This document shows, in pieces, positions 63,845 through 64,000 of a DNA stretch of 64,000 nt. Below the pieces are notes generated by a model. The model was given only the letters and a program-made list of their open reading frames with translations. It was not told the origin of the DNA and did not search any database. Positions within the stretch are counted from its first letter, which is position 1; each line of letters starts with the position of its first letter. Origin of the DNA: an uncultured Candidatus Rokubacteria bacterium (GTDB taxonomy: Bacteria; Methylomirabilota; Methylomirabilia; Rokubacteriales; DASRDR01); the NCBI GenBank assembly GCA_963708025.1, contig CAVPSB010000031.1, positions 320,001 through 384,000 of the forward strand, written 5' to 3'. The position numbers and the translations under genes were made by a program.

Positions 63845-64000
63845 GCGACCTGGGCGAACGCTTGCTCCTGCTCGAACAGCACGTTCAACGGGCGCTCGAG
63901 CTGATCGAGCGGCTCCGGGCCGAGAACGCCCGGCTCGTCGCGGAGCGGGCGGGGCTCGTCGAGCGGATCGAGACGCTGACCAAGGAGGCCGACGTCGCGC
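63841..64000 (+). CDS. cell division protein ZapB-like coiled coil (partial)
   Basis: GTG overlapping pheT stop; LEQHVQRALELIERLRAEN; typical position after pheT. Confidence 0.65.
   Translation, partial: MSDLGERLLLLEQHVQRALELIERLRAENARLVAERAGLVERIETLTKEADVA

Overview
Very GC-rich bacterial chromosomal window, almost entirely + strand. The gene content suggests a Rokubacteria/Methylomirabilota-like lineage (inference only). 1-22 kb is a type IV pilus locus: pilD, a GGDEF cyclase, two separate minor-pilin modules each ending in a large PilX-like protein and each preceded by a sigma-54-like promoter, a hybrid histidine kinase with a ~363-aa articulin/alveolin-like VPVE repeat, pilMNOPQ, an unknown secreted protein, aroB, two lipoproteins and a degenerate nuclease-fold protein. 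22-30 kb holds efp-accB-(TPR peptidase)-accC, a membrane protein and thiE. 31-53 kb holds two Liv-type ABC clusters followed by amino-acid catabolism genes (MaoC, FAD oxidoreductase, ALDH, gcvT/H/PA/PB, lipoyl ligase, NUDIX, pepA, PHP). 53-64 kb holds a DAHP synthase behind a Phe/Tyr leader-peptide attenuator, a TonB-like protein, tRNA-Val(GAC), thrS-infC-rpmI-rplT, a DinB-like gene, pheST and the start of zapB. Two modular families of structured intergenic repeats with covariation are scattered through the window. Four apparent frameshifts are probably sequence errors. No CRISPR array or transposase was seen.
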